NCBI GenBank assembly: GCA_965224195.1
Contig: OZ245040.1
Coordinates: forward strand, 960,001-1,024,000
Reading direction: 5' to 3'
DNA: 64,000 nt
Origin: Nitrosopumilus sp.
GTDB taxonomy: Archaea > Thermoproteota > Nitrososphaeria > Nitrososphaerales > Nitrosopumilaceae
Under the pieces are notes generated by a model. That model did not search any database and was not told the DNA's origin. It worked only from the letters and a program-made list of their open reading frames with translations. Below, piece after piece: positions 18,529-29,355 of this stretch (position 1 is its first letter; the number at the start of each line of letters is the position of its first letter). Both the position numbers and the translations under genes were made by a program.

Positions 18529-19299
18529 TTTATCAAGTGATTGTGTAGTTTGTTTAAGATTTTCTAATTCTTTTTTTGTTTTTTCATGTTCTGCTCTTTC
18601 TTTTTCTAATAATGACTGAATTGTCTCTAATTCTTTCAGTGTTGTGTTGAGTTTTGATTTTAGTGAGCCTACAACTGCACTTGCAGCCTCAATAATCCCT
18701 GCAGAACTCTTTTGACTTTTATTATCTACTCCGATGAATTTTTTTTCAGATGTTGTGAGAATACTGGTATCCTCAAAAGTGTCTTTTTTATCTAATTCAT
18801 TTTTTGCATTGTATAGTCTAGAATTTGCCTCCTCTAATTCTTTTTCAACTTCTACCTGTTGTTTTTTAATATTGTGTAATGAGGCTTGTTCTTTTTCAAG
18901 TTGCTCTTTAATTTCATCATGTTTTTTTGTAAATCCATCCAACTCTTCCTTTATTTTTGAATGATCCCCTTCTGTTTTGTTAAATTTTTCAACTGATTTT
19001 GAATCTTTAATTAATTCTGCTTTTTTGGCTTTCTCTCTTGTTTCTCTGTATTCTCGTTGAATTATGTCTAGTTCCATCTTTTTTTGATTAAGTTCTTTTT
19101 TTACTAACATCAAGCTGCCAATTGTTGAATCATATTCTTCTTTGACGGTGGTAATCCTTTGAGTGATTTCATCTAACTCTGTTTGTTTTTCTCTGAATGC
19201 TTTTTGTACTTTTTCAACTTCTTCTTCAAGTTCTGTTTTCAGGGTTGTCTCTGCAGTGTTATCTGGTATGTCTTCTTTCTTTTTACCAAAAAATCCCAT
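18523..19299 (-). CDS. Long coiled-coil protein
   Basis: E/K-rich heptads; likely start MGFFGKK at 19299. Confidence 0.7.
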   Translation of the reverse strand: MGFFGKKKEDIPDNTAETTLKTELEEEVEKVQKAFREKQTELDEITQRITTVKEEYDSTIGSLMLVKKELNQKKMELDIIQREYRETREKAKKAELIKDSKSVEKFNKTEGDHSKIKEELDGFTKKHDEIKEQLEKEQASLHNIKKQQVEVEKELEEANSRLYNAKNELDKKDTFEDTSILTTSEKKFIGVDNKSQKSSAGIIEAASAVVGSLKSKLNTTLKELETIQSLLEKERAEHEKTKKELENLKQTTQSLDKS

Positions 19300-19334
19300 A
19301 TCTGTCTCTACCTTTTCCAAAAGATGAACCTTTC

Positions 19335-19535
19335 TTATCCTTGTTTTACTCGCCATCTGAAAAATTTCAGATAGAATCCAATGCTACCAATTGCAATGCC
19401 TGCAATCCATGCAATAGGCCCTAATCCCATCTCATTAGTGCTCTCTTGAGGAGCAAGAAACAGCAATAATGCTCCCAGTATGATTAATGCAAACCCTCCA
19501 CTGTTCTTTGATCTGTTATGTTCTCCGTGAACCAT
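19335..19535 (-). CDS. Small 2-TM membrane protein
   Basis: Two hydrophobic segments; follows lysS closely. Confidence 0.6.
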   Translation of the reverse strand: MVHGEHNRSKNSGGFALIILGALLLFLAPQESTNEMGLGPIAWIAGIAIGSIGFYLKFFRWRVKQG

Positions 19536-19537
19536 GA

Positions 19538-21127
19538 TTAAACATACTCTGAAAGTGTCTTTGCCACTTGCTTTCGTCCAATGTCTGAAATGAATGGGCC
19601 TATTTTTGGTCCTCTTGAGGTTCCAAGTATGATTTGATATAATATCTTAAAGAAATTTTTTGGTTGAATATCATTTGCTTTTGCAATTTGGTATATTGTA
19701 TTTTGAATATCTTCTAGTTCTTTATCTCCGTCTAATTCCTCTACGAGTAATTTCAATGCCTTTTTTGCAGTGTCATCTAAATCAATTTGAATTTTTTCTT
19801 GTTCATCAAATTCATTTGAATAATTTCCTGCAAGTTCGATGAGTTTTTCTATTTCTGGTTCTGGATTTTTTATTACTCCATAATCTAACAATTTTTTCAT
19901 AACTCGTTCACTTCTATCTTCTTTGAAAATTTTTGCTAATTCAATTAACAGTCTATAGTTGACATGTGTGGTTGATTGTTTTGGAGGGTTTAGGAGATTT
20001 ACATATTCATACAATCCTTTATTTTTTATCAGTTTTGCTTGGTTGTCTACTTTGATTCGTCCAAAATAGATGTCTTCTAATTCATTATATTCACTCATCA
20101 ATCCTGGAATATCATCAAATCCTAGTTCTCTTGCACCTGTAATTCTCTTGTAAAGTAATAATAGGATTGATTTTGGACTGCCAAACTCTAACCATTTTTG
20201 TGCAGTGATTACATTTCCTAAAGATTTTGAAATCTTTTTTCCACCTTTATCTAAAAACATCTCATATTTTACATGGTGAGGGTATGGAAATTCTAAAATT
20301 TCATCTGCAACCCAATCATTTACCTTAACTGAATCCATGATGTCTTTTCCATATGCTTCAAATCTAATGTCAAATGCTGTCCATCTTGCTGCAAATTCTA
20401 CTTTCCATGCTAATTTTCCGAGATCTTTTTCGATATCTGCCTCGCCAATATGACCACATCCTTTGACTATTTTTGAGTCAATTTCTGTATCGTGACAAGT
20501 GTACTTTACTTTCTTTTCATCTGCAATGTATTCAGAAGCTTTTGCTGTATAGAGGCAATTACAGTTAGCACAAACTGGAAAATATGGTAGATATTTTTGA
20601 TATTTTTCTTGTCCTACTAATTCTGAAATTTTATCTCCAATTTTTACACTGTTTTGTAAAATTGCATGGATTTGATCTTTTAGCAATCCTTGCTTGTAAG
20701 TGTCAACTGCTCTTCTAAATTCATATTTTATTCCTACTTTGTTTAATCCATCTAATAGAATACTGCTCATATGCATTCCGTAAGAGTCATGACATCCATA
20801 AGGATCTGGAATTAGAGATACTGGTTTTGCAATGTGTTCTTCTAACCCAAACTCTTGCATTCCTTCAGGAATTTTTCTTAATCCATCAAGATCATCTGAA
20901 TATGCAATTAATTCTGATTTGTATCCTAAATTTTCTAATGCAAGTTTAACACCGTATGCCCTTACCGCATCTCCTAAACTTCCAATGTGTGGAATTCCAG
21001 AAGCTCCTAATCCACTTTCAACTCTAAGTAGATCTGTATTCCTTCCTAGGGCTTTTTCTCGTTCGAGTAATTCTGAAGCTAATTTATCAATCCAAGTTCC
21101 TTTTCCGATAATTTTTTGTTCTGTCAT
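19538..21127 (-). CDS. lysS: Lysine--tRNA ligase, class I
   Basis: SGIPHIGS (HIGH-like), KISKSLGN (KMSKS-like), KLAWKVEFAARW and GPKIG. Confidence 0.96.
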   Translation of the reverse strand: MTEQKIIGKGTWIDKLASELLEREKALGRNTDLLRVESGLGASGIPHIGSLGDAVRAYGVKLALENLGYKSELIAYSDDLDGLRKIPEGMQEFGLEEHIAKPVSLIPDPYGCHDSYGMHMSSILLDGLNKVGIKYEFRRAVDTYKQGLLKDQIHAILQNSVKIGDKISELVGQEKYQKYLPYFPVCANCNCLYTAKASEYIADEKKVKYTCHDTEIDSKIVKGCGHIGEADIEKDLGKLAWKVEFAARWTAFDIRFEAYGKDIMDSVKVNDWVADEILEFPYPHHVKYEMFLDKGGKKISKSLGNVITAQKWLEFGSPKSILLLLYKRITGARELGFDDIPGLMSEYNELEDIYFGRIKVDNQAKLIKNKGLYEYVNLLNPPKQSTTHVNYRLLIELAKIFKEDRSERVMKKLLDYGVIKNPEPEIEKLIELAGNYSNEFDEQEKIQIDLDDTAKKALKLLVEELDGDKELEDIQNTIYQIAKANDIQPKNFFKILYQIILGTSRGPKIGPFISDIGRKQVAKTLSEYV

Positions 21128-21136
21128 ATCTTTTCT

Positions 21137-22723
21137 CTAATTCAATGTTTTGGACATGTATGGCCCATATAACGAATACCCTAATTTTTGATAATATTCT
21201 CTTGTACCAACTGCACTGATCACTAGAAGTTTTTTAGCATCAAACTCTTCTCTAGATATTTTTTCAGCTTCTTTCATCAAATTCTTTCCTAATCCTGAAT
21301 GTTGAATTTCTTCTTTTTCTTTTTCTCCTAGTTTCAATGACCTGCCATACACGTGGATTTCTCTTACTATGCATGTATCTTGATTAATTTCATCTCTGTG
21401 TGCGTCAACACTTGGTTTTCTTAATCTCAAAAATCCGTAAATTGATTCATTCTTGTCTTCATATGACAAGAATATTTCTTTTCCGCCAGATGAATCATAA
21501 TCAATTCTGTTTAATTTTATCTCGCCGCCATCTAATTTTTTATTTGAAAGTCCTGCTTCTCTACATCTGATACATTTACACGAAAGTCCTTGTTTTGCAA
21601 GATTTTGATGCACAATTTGCCTCAAATTTCCTGATTTTGGGCCTGCGATTATTTCTTTTGGAGAAATCTCTCTCTGAATTCTCATAATTCTTACCCATTT
21701 TGGAATGTTTCTTTTAGCTTCAGTTAGAACTTTGATCATATCTTCATCTGAATAGGGTGTGTATTTTCCTTGCTTGTATTCTTCGTATAATGGAGTGTTT
21801 TCAATAACCAATGATGGATAAATTTTCAACATATCTGGACGCAATTGTGGATCCGAAAATAATTTTTTAAAATCTGTAATATCTCCTTCCGGAGTCATTG
21901 TAGGTAGCCCTGGCATCATATGTGCAACTAGTTTGTAACCTGCATCTTTTGAAATTTGAAATGATTCTACTACATCATTGTAATCATGTCCTCTGTTAAC
22001 TATTTTGTAAACTCGCTCTTGTAATGATTGAACTCCAATTTCTACTCTTGTAATTCCATAACTTAACATTAAATCAACATGTTCTTTTTTACAATAATCT
22101 GGTTTTGTTTCAATTGTAAAACCTACATTTCTTATTGCAGCGTGTTCGTTGTTTGATTTTGCTTGCTCCAAATCTTTTGAATCTGTTCCGTTTAATGCAT
22201 CATAACATGATTTGATAAAATCTTTTTGATAGTTTTTTGGCATAAATAGAAATGTTCCGCCAACAATTACTATTTCCATTTTAGATGGGTCATGTCCAAA
22301 TGCAATTAGTTTTTCAATTTTTGATGTGATTTGTAATTTAGGATCAAATTTGTTTTCAATTGCATTTAGTGATGATGGTTCTTTTCCTGTGTAACTATTG
22401 GGAGAATTAAATTCAATTCCTCCTGGACAATAAGTGCATCTTCCATGTGGACATGCATATGGTTTTGGCATTAATGCAACAACTGATACTCCTGATGCTG
22501 TTTTAGCTGGTTTTCGTATCAACACTTTTTTTAATTTATCAAAATCTGCTTTTTTTGCCATTGATAATATTTCATAATTTCTTGGAATTCTTTCTAGTGC
22601 GTATTTTGTACAAATTTTTATAATTTCTTCTTTTACCTGCTTTTTACTTGGCTCTTGTATTGTTAGCAGATTCTGAGTGATCTCATCACATGCTTTGGAT
22701 GTGATGGGGTCAAGCTTATTCAT
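21137..22723 (-). CDS. elp3: Elp3 tRNA uridine(34) acetyltransferase (radical SAM + GNAT)
   Basis: CPHGRCTYCPGG, VREIHVYG, QHSGLGK and GTREYY. Confidence 0.95.
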   Translation of the reverse strand: MNKLDPITSKACDEITQNLLTIQEPSKKQVKEEIIKICTKYALERIPRNYEILSMAKKADFDKLKKVLIRKPAKTASGVSVVALMPKPYACPHGRCTYCPGGIEFNSPNSYTGKEPSSLNAIENKFDPKLQITSKIEKLIAFGHDPSKMEIVIVGGTFLFMPKNYQKDFIKSCYDALNGTDSKDLEQAKSNNEHAAIRNVGFTIETKPDYCKKEHVDLMLSYGITRVEIGVQSLQERVYKIVNRGHDYNDVVESFQISKDAGYKLVAHMMPGLPTMTPEGDITDFKKLFSDPQLRPDMLKIYPSLVIENTPLYEEYKQGKYTPYSDEDMIKVLTEAKRNIPKWVRIMRIQREISPKEIIAGPKSGNLRQIVHQNLAKQGLSCKCIRCREAGLSNKKLDGGEIKLNRIDYDSSGGKEIFLSYEDKNESIYGFLRLRKPSVDAHRDEINQDTCIVREIHVYGRSLKLGEKEKEEIQHSGLGKNLMKEAEKISREEFDAKKLLVISAVGTREYYQKLGYSLYGPYMSKTLN

Positions 22724-22779
22724 GAATGATCAATCTGATTTGGACATAAATTCGTTAAATAATTTGGTATATTTGATAT

Positions 22780-22968
22780 CTATTTACGCCTAGTTGTCTT
22801 TCTTTTAGCCGTCTTTCTAGCTGGTTTTCTCTTTACTGCCTTTTTCTTTGCTACAGTCTTTCTTCCGATATTTTTTTTGATGTTTTTTAATTCATTTAAT
22901 TCTGTTTGAATTCTTTTAATTTCAGCAATCATTTCTGTTTTGAATGAATCATTGTTTGTTTCTGACAT
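22780..22968 (-). CDS. Small protein with coiled coil and Lys/Arg/Ala-rich basic tail
   Basis: RKTVAKKKAVKRKPARKTAKRKTTRRK. Confidence 0.7.
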   Translation of the reverse strand: MSETNNDSFKTEMIAEIKRIQTELNELKNIKKNIGRKTVAKKKAVKRKPARKTAKRKTTRRK

Positions 22969-23015
22969 GAGTTGACCTGAAGAATTTTCTATATAATTTA
23001 AGACTTGTTAAGGAG

Positions 23016-24260
23016 TTATTCTGGTTTTTTCTTAATATCTTTTGGAGGTGAATCATTTCCTTTTTGCTCTTTTCTATATTCCATCTTTAACCATATTGGA
23101 GTGATGATTGTTGTTACTGCTACCATAATTACAATTGTTGAATACACTTCAGATGTAAGTATTCCTAATGTAACTCCTACTCCTGCTACAATTAATCCTA
23201 CTTCTCCTCTTGAAATCATTCCAATACCCACTCGCATTCCTTGTTGTTTGCTTTTCAAAAATAACATTGCAGGTAATCCACATCCAAATAGTTTTGTTAC
23301 GACTGCTACTACAATTACAACTGCACTAACGAGTAAAATTTCAACATTAACTGCTCTTAGGTCTACTTGGGCTCCAATAATTGCAAAAAACAATGGTGCA
23401 AAAATTAATCCTATTTTCCCTATGTAATTTTCAATCTTCTCAAACACTTTGGTAGTTGATAATGCCATTCCTACTGCAAACGCTCCCACGATAGGGGACA
23501 ATCCTATGGATCCTGCAAGAGCTGCCGCACCAAAGAACGACGCTGTTGCAATTCCTTCCACACTTCCTTTTGCCTTCCATAATCTTGGTGTGATAATTTT
23601 TGGAATGACTACTACTGCTACTACTAACATTATTGCAAAGAATCCTAATACTTTCAAAATTGTAATTGTAACTTCTGTAATGTCGATACTGTCTATTCCT
23701 CCATCTGAACCTGCAATTGATGACACCACTGATAATACTGCAATTGCCAAAATGTCATCTATCACTGCTGCACCGATGATTAGTCTAGCTTCTGGTGTTT
23801 TGATTTTACCAAATTCAGTTAGTACTTGAATTGAAATTGCAATGCTTGTTGCAGTAAGTGCTGTTGCAATTAACATTGATTGTAACGCATCAAATCCAAA
23901 TAATTGGAATACTGCCAATCCTGCAAAGAATGGAACTACAACACCTAATGTTCCAACTGTAAATGATGCCTTTCCTCCTTTGAGGAATTCTTTTGGAGTC
24001 ATTTCCAATCCTGCCATAAATAAAATTACAATCGCCCCCATTTCTCCAAGTATTTTGATTTCATCATTGATGTGAAGTAATTGTCTTCCATCAACTACGA
24101 AAAATGCTCCTAATGCAAATGGTCCTACAATCATTCCAGCTAATAATTCCCCTAAAACAATTGGAAGTTTTAATCTGAGGAAAACTTCTGCCATTAATTT
24201 AGCTGCAAAAAGTAGTATTCCTACTCCGATGATTGTTTCAATAAATTGAGCCTCGGACAT
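23016..24260 (-). CDS. Cation:proton antiporter (CPA2/NapA-like)
   Basis: LGELLAGMIVGP, TATSIAI, GAAVIDD and GMISRGEVG. Confidence 0.92.
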   Translation of the reverse strand: MSEAQFIETIIGVGILLFAAKLMAEVFLRLKLPIVLGELLAGMIVGPFALGAFFVVDGRQLLHINDEIKILGEMGAIVILFMAGLEMTPKEFLKGGKASFTVGTLGVVVPFFAGLAVFQLFGFDALQSMLIATALTATSIAISIQVLTEFGKIKTPEARLIIGAAVIDDILAIAVLSVVSSIAGSDGGIDSIDITEVTITILKVLGFFAIMLVVAVVVIPKIITPRLWKAKGSVEGIATASFFGAAALAGSIGLSPIVGAFAVGMALSTTKVFEKIENYIGKIGLIFAPLFFAIIGAQVDLRAVNVEILLVSAVVIVVAVVTKLFGCGLPAMLFLKSKQQGMRVGIGMISRGEVGLIVAGVGVTLGILTSEVYSTIVIMVAVTTIITPIWLKMEYRKEQKGNDSPPKDIKKKPE

Positions 24261-24365
24261 CTCTCTATAGGCCTAGAAAAATCTGTCATATAAGGTGATA
24301 TTTTGTGAGAATTCTTTTACTGTTGTTAAAAAACCCTTTTTCAACATGATCTTTATTTTGAAGAA

Positions 24366-24587
24366 TTATTTTTTATCTTTGAGCAAAATTTCCATTATTT
24401 CGGTATTGGATTTGATCCAAACTTTAAGATATTCTGAAAATAAATTTTCTAAGGCATCCATTGGCAAACCTGCAAATCTAGGATCTGCTTATAGATCTAC
24501 AAATTGTTCATGAAGTTGTTCTAAGTTTAATTTCTGTTCTTTGTTTGTCGTATCTAATTTTTCAATAGCATCCATTACTGTGTTCAT
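24366..24587 (-). pseudogene. Small helical hypothetical protein with an internal TAA
   Basis: MNTVMDAIEKLD...FVDL*ADPRFAGLPMDALENLFSEYLKVWIKS...KK; stop at 24491-24489. Confidence 0.55.
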
Positions 24588-24651
24588 TTCATTTTTAGTA
24601 TTTTCTTAAAACTTAAAGTTTTTGTGTATATTTGAATTTTCTAAATTTAAC

Positions 24652-25674
24652 TTAGGCAATTTTTATGGAATTTACAAAAACACCTTTCTTTGAAATGATC
24701 TGTCCGATTTCTTGACTTGAAATTTTATGCTTTTTGAATATTGATTTTATTCTTGTTGCTTGATTTTTTGGTGCAACTACACAGAATCCTATTCCCATGT
24801 TGAACGTTTTGTACATTTCTTCTGGTTTTACCCCCTGCTCTTCTACCAGTCCCATAATTGGTGGAATTTTTGGCAATGAGTCTATTTCATAACCAATATT
24901 TTTGAGACGTAATAATTTGGTAAATGCACCTCCTGTTATGTGTGCAAATCCATTGACTTTACATTTTTTGTTTATTTCAAGAATTGGGTTTGTGTAAATT
25001 TCAGTTGGTTTTAGCAATGCATCACCAATAATTCCAACCCCTTTGACTTTATCTTTTACAGAATATTTTGTTAATAGTGCTTTTCTTGCTAGTGAATATC
25101 CGTTTGAATGAATACCTGAACTATTTACACCTATAATTACATTTCCTGCTTTGATTTTGTTTCCAAGCACCATCTCTTTTTTCTCTAATAGTCCTACTAC
25201 CATGCCTGCCAAATCAAATGCAAATCCTTCACCTTCAATTACATCTGGCATGATTGCTGTTTCTCCTCCAACTATTGGCATTGCTGATTTTTTAGCACCT
25301 GTTACTAGCCCTTCCACAATTTTTTTGAATATTGTTACATCGTTTTTGTTTGCAGCAATATAGTCTACAAATGCAATTGGTGTTGCGCCAATACAAATTA
25401 TATCATTAACGTTCATTGCAACACAATCGATTCCTATGGTGTTGTATTTTTTCATCATGCTCGCAATTATAACTTTGGTTCCAACACCGTCCGTATGTGT
25501 TGCTAATAATTTTCCTCCTGGAATTTCTACAATTCCTGCATAGTGACCAAACCCATGTGTCATTTTGGCTTTTTTCTGAAGTTTATGGGTTGATGAAATT
25601 AATTTGCCAATGGCTTTTTGACTTTGTTTAATTTTAGAAATATCCACTCCTGCTTTTTTGTAAGTTAGAGCCAT
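24652..25674 (-). CDS. purM: Phosphoribosylformylglycinamidine cyclo-ligase
   Basis: YKKAGVD, TDGVGTK, GGETA, SSGIHSNGYSL, HITGG and TFNMGIG; start MALTY at 25674. Confidence 0.95.
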   Translation of the reverse strand: MALTYKKAGVDISKIKQSQKAIGKLISSTHKLQKKAKMTHGFGHYAGIVEIPGGKLLATHTDGVGTKVIIASMMKKYNTIGIDCVAMNVNDIICIGATPIAFVDYIAANKNDVTIFKKIVEGLVTGAKKSAMPIVGGETAIMPDVIEGEGFAFDLAGMVVGLLEKKEMVLGNKIKAGNVIIGVNSSGIHSNGYSLARKALLTKYSVKDKVKGVGIIGDALLKPTEIYTNPILEINKKCKVNGFAHITGGAFTKLLRLKNIGYEIDSLPKIPPIMGLVEEQGVKPEEMYKTFNMGIGFCVVAPKNQATRIKSIFKKHKISSQEIGQIISKKGVFVNSIKIA

Positions 25675-25723
25675 AGTTTGTTGCGCTTTTGCTGTGAATA
25701 AAAGAATTTGCCCTGTGTTTCGA

Positions 25724-26449
25724 TCACATGTACATGCCAGATATCTCTTCTCTATGTTCTGCATATTTCTGAGATAATTCGCTGAATTCTGAATGGATTC
25801 TATCTTTTTCTTTTTTGAGTTCTGAAGTATTGATTTTCATATCATAAAATCGATTTACTGCTTCAATTAGAGTAATTGCTGCTGCTGAATCTGGTGCTTC
25901 TTTATTTGCTTTGGCCAATAGAGTTAACCCTTGAATCTCTCTAACTAGGCACTCATTTAGTATCCCTCCTGGAATTCCAGTGATGAATCCTTGAGGAATC
26001 ATGCTGATATTTTTATCTGCCATTGTTCTAACTAAATCTTCCTCTGCTGCACAGTATGCTTTGTCATCATGCTCTGTACTGGCAACTCCATCTAAAATCA
26101 CAATTTCTTTAGAGCCTTTCTGTGCTGCCCAATCTAAAATCGAAGATACTAATGTGAATAATCCCTCCATTCTTAATGTAATTTCACAAATTATTGCACA
26201 AACGGTTCCTTCCTTATTTGCATAAAATCTGAATGGGTGTCGTAATCTACCCCTCATGAATACTGTTGATGGTGGTAAGTATTTTGATCTCATTACTGCA
26301 ATTTCCTCCATTTTCAATTCTGCAATGATATGATTAATTGCAACTGGACCTACTAGGCCTGCACCTACAAATCCTGCAAAAATTATTGGACTGTTTAATC
26401 CTGTTTTTTTGATTTCAAACACTTCAGCTTCTGGAAATTCTTTTTGCAC
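25724..26449 (-). CDS. PAC2-family proteasome assembly chaperone-like protein
   Basis: GFVGAGLVG..A, PFRFY, GFITGIPG and PDSAAA; C-terminal MYM HbYX-like motif. Confidence 0.85.
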   Translation of the reverse strand: MQKEFPEAEVFEIKKTGLNSPIIFAGFVGAGLVGPVAINHIIAELKMEEIAVMRSKYLPPSTVFMRGRLRHPFRFYANKEGTVCAIICEITLRMEGLFTLVSSILDWAAQKGSKEIVILDGVASTEHDDKAYCAAEEDLVRTMADKNISMIPQGFITGIPGGILNECLVREIQGLTLLAKANKEAPDSAAAITLIEAVNRFYDMKINTSELKKEKDRIHSEFSELSQKYAEHREEISGMYM

Positions 26450-26523
26450 TGTTTACGTCGATTTGTTCTGATTAATTACTTTTGTCAATAAGTAGATTGT
26501 ATATGAAAATAAAAGATGAGGGA

Positions 26524-26880
26524 TTATGCTCCGTAGTTGTTCTTTTGCACAAATAGATTCAACATTATTCGTCCCTTATCTGTAATTGTATAGATCACAT
26601 TTGCACCTCTTGCTTCTTTTTCTATGAATTTGTAATCTACACATAAGTGCAAATAGTTTAGAAATGATTTCTTCATTCTAATCTTTGATTTTGAATACAA
26701 ATCAGAGAATGTCATTGGATTGCCTTTTAGTTGGTATAGCAATTTCAATAAAGATAACGTACTGTAATCTTTTGTTCTTGCTTTTACTGCATCGAGTACT
26801 TGTTCATCTCTATGTATGATAAAATCCTCGAATTGGTCTGCCACTTCTAATGGTACATATGTTAGTCTTGCTCGCATCAT
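26524..26880 (-). CDS. Winged-helix DNA-binding protein
   Basis: MTFSDLYSKS..KKSFLNYLHLC...YTITDKG. Confidence 0.8.
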   Translation of the reverse strand: MMRARLTYVPLEVADQFEDFIIHRDEQVLDAVKARTKDYSTLSLLKLLYQLKGNPMTFSDLYSKSKIRMKKSFLNYLHLCVDYKFIEKEARGANVIYTITDKGRIMLNLFVQKNNYGA

Positions 26881-27061
26881 ACCGTATAGTACGGTACATT
26901 ACCTTATTAGTGTTTGACATGAGTTTTGTTGATCTTCTCAGCTGGTTTTTTTACACCTGATCATGACTAGATCGGCTGTTTTTAAAATTAGCTTGAATTG
27001 TTTGAATTGTGAAATTATAGTATATCACCTGATTTAAACGGTCAAAACTCAAAATCAATTT

Positions 27062-27997
27062 ATGGAAATTGCAATAAGTGCTATACTAACTGTAGTTGGA
27101 TTAGTTATGCTATGCTTTGGTGGTAACTGGTTAGTTAGCGGTGGTGTAGCAATTGCAAAAAAATTCCGTATCAGTAATTTAGTAATTGGTATGACTATTG
27201 TAGCATATGGTACTTCAACTCCTGAGCTTGCAGCAAGTGTTGCAGCAGCTGGAGAATACAGTGCAATAATTCTTGGAAATATCATTGGTAGTAACATTGC
27301 AAATGTCGGTATGGTGGTTGGTATTGCAGCAATCCTTGTCCCACTTGCAGTATACAAATCTACACTACGAAAAGAAATTCCAATAATGTTGGGTGTTTCA
27401 TTTTTACTAATTTTATTATCTATTGATGGTGAGATTTCTCAGTATGACGGCATAATCTTACTTGTTGGTTTGGGGGTATTTGCATATTATACATTCAAAG
27501 ATGCAATGAAACAAAGATCAGAAAATAAAGAACCAGTAGAACCTAGTAAAAAGAATCTCTATTTTAAATCTGCAGGACTAATTGGTATTGGTGTAATTCT
27601 TTTGTATATTGGTGCTAGACTTACAATTGATAATGCCATGGTACTAGCAACAGAATTTGGTTTATCTGAAAAGATAATTGGATTGACTGTAATTGCCATT
27701 GGAACTTCTCTTCCAGAATTAATCACATCAATTATTGCAATCAGAAAAGGTCATACTGATATTGGAATTGGAAATATTATCGGAAGTAACATCTACAACA
27801 TTTTGATGATTATGGGAGTAGGTGCAGCACTTGGAGGTGTGATGGTTGGTGCTGATGTTTATGTTGATTACGCAATAATGATCATATTCAGTTTATCTTT
27901 GCTCATTGCTTTGAAGACTGGAATAATTGGTAGACCGATGGGCATTGCTTTGACTATTGGTTATGCTGCCTATCTTATAGTCACGTTTTTCAAATAA
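27062..27997 (+). CDS. Ca2+/Na+ antiporter (CaCA/YrbG family)
   Basis: GTSTPEL and GTSLPEL alpha-repeats, each with GNIIGSNI. Confidence 0.93.
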   Translation: MEIAISAILTVVGLVMLCFGGNWLVSGGVAIAKKFRISNLVIGMTIVAYGTSTPELAASVAAAGEYSAIILGNIIGSNIANVGMVVGIAAILVPLAVYKSTLRKEIPIMLGVSFLLILLSIDGEISQYDGIILLVGLGVFAYYTFKDAMKQRSENKEPVEPSKKNLYFKSAGLIGIGVILLYIGARLTIDNAMVLATEFGLSEKIIGLTVIAIGTSLPELITSIIAIRKGHTDIGIGNIIGSNIYNILMIMGVGAALGGVMVGADVYVDYAIMIIFSLSLLIALKTGIIGRPMGIALTIGYAAYLIVTFFK

Positions 27998-28004
27998 TTT
28001 ATGC

Positions 28005-29354
28005 CTAAATGGTGTTTACTGTGATGTTTTCTGCCTTTAGTGATGGAGTAATTGATGGAAGGGATGCCCATTGAATGACATTTTTTGATTATTTCCAATG
28101 GCTGAAATATTTTTCAACATGTTTGGAAGGCTGTGAATTATTCTAACTGATTTCCCTGGCCCTACGATTTCTCCATTCTCAATAATCCTAATTCCACTTC
28201 TTGCAGTACATGAAAAATCTCCTCTGATTGGATTTACTGCATATGTATACCATAATCTTCCTACAAGCAAACCGTGTTTTGTTTCTTTTATTATTTCTTC
28301 TTGGGAAAAATCACCTGAAATTATTTTCAAATTATGGGGAGATGATATTGGAATTGATTCAGAACCTCTTCCCATGGGGGATCCGGGACGTGATGCATTA
28401 CCTGTAGATTCTTTCCCTTCTTTGTAACTATCAAATAAATTTGAAAACGTATTTTTGAAAATACCTTTTTCGATTAGATTTTGTTTCTTTGTCTTGACTC
28501 CTTCGTCGTCTATTGATTTTGTTCCAAGCCCTTCTGGAATATGTGGGTCATCAATTAAATTAAATTCTTCAACTGCAATTTCTTTTTTATAACTATTTGA
28601 AAAACAACTTTTTTTTCTGAAAATGTTTTAAAATTAAAATTGGATGCTACAACAAAAGCCAATAATTCTCCTACTGAGTATGGTTCAAAAATTATAGAAT
28701 ATACATCTGAATTAATTTTTTGTGGATTTATTGATTCTATACACATTGTTTTTGCATCTTTGCCTATTTGCTCTGGAGAAAAATTTGACAATGTTCTACC
28801 ACATGCATGTCCAATTCCTGACACTGGTGTTTCTCCATGCTCTGATTCCGCATTAATAATTCCTGAAATGTATGTGGCTTTATCTGAAAAATCAAGTCCG
28901 TTAGAATTCATCAATTCAAATTTTTCAGATACTATGTGAAGAGATCCTGTAATTGTATTTACTTTATCATTATTTGCTGAATCAATCATACTTTGTGCGA
29001 TATCTGTGCATTCAGAGCCTGAAATGCATTCTAATTTTTCATCAAATGTCCCTTCTAATTGAATGTGGTCTGATTTGTATGGCAATCCTCCCCAAAATTC
29101 CCTCGATTTGATGATGCTCTCAAAGCTTTCAGCATTGTTTGTTCAATTTCTTTTTCATTTGTTGTTTGCATTGATGCAATTTTTTTATCATGAATTAATC
29201 TAATCCCAAAACTTTGATCAAAATTCTGTTTAATTTCAACAATCTCTGAATCTGTAAATCTAACTGTGATGATTTTTTTCTTTACTAATGTAACATCGCA
29301 TTCATCTATCTTTAATTTTTTTGCATTACTTAGTACCTTTTCTAAGGCGTACAA
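28005..29354 (-). pseudogene. TldD/PmbA-family protein (PmbA/TldE-like), three frameshifts
   Basis: Fragments in different frames: FGIRLIHDKK; IIFEPYSVGEL; DDPH..DDEG; NPIRGDFS. Breaks near 29105, 28610 (A8 run) and 28085 (A6 run). Confidence 0.85.
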
Positions 29355-29355
29355 A

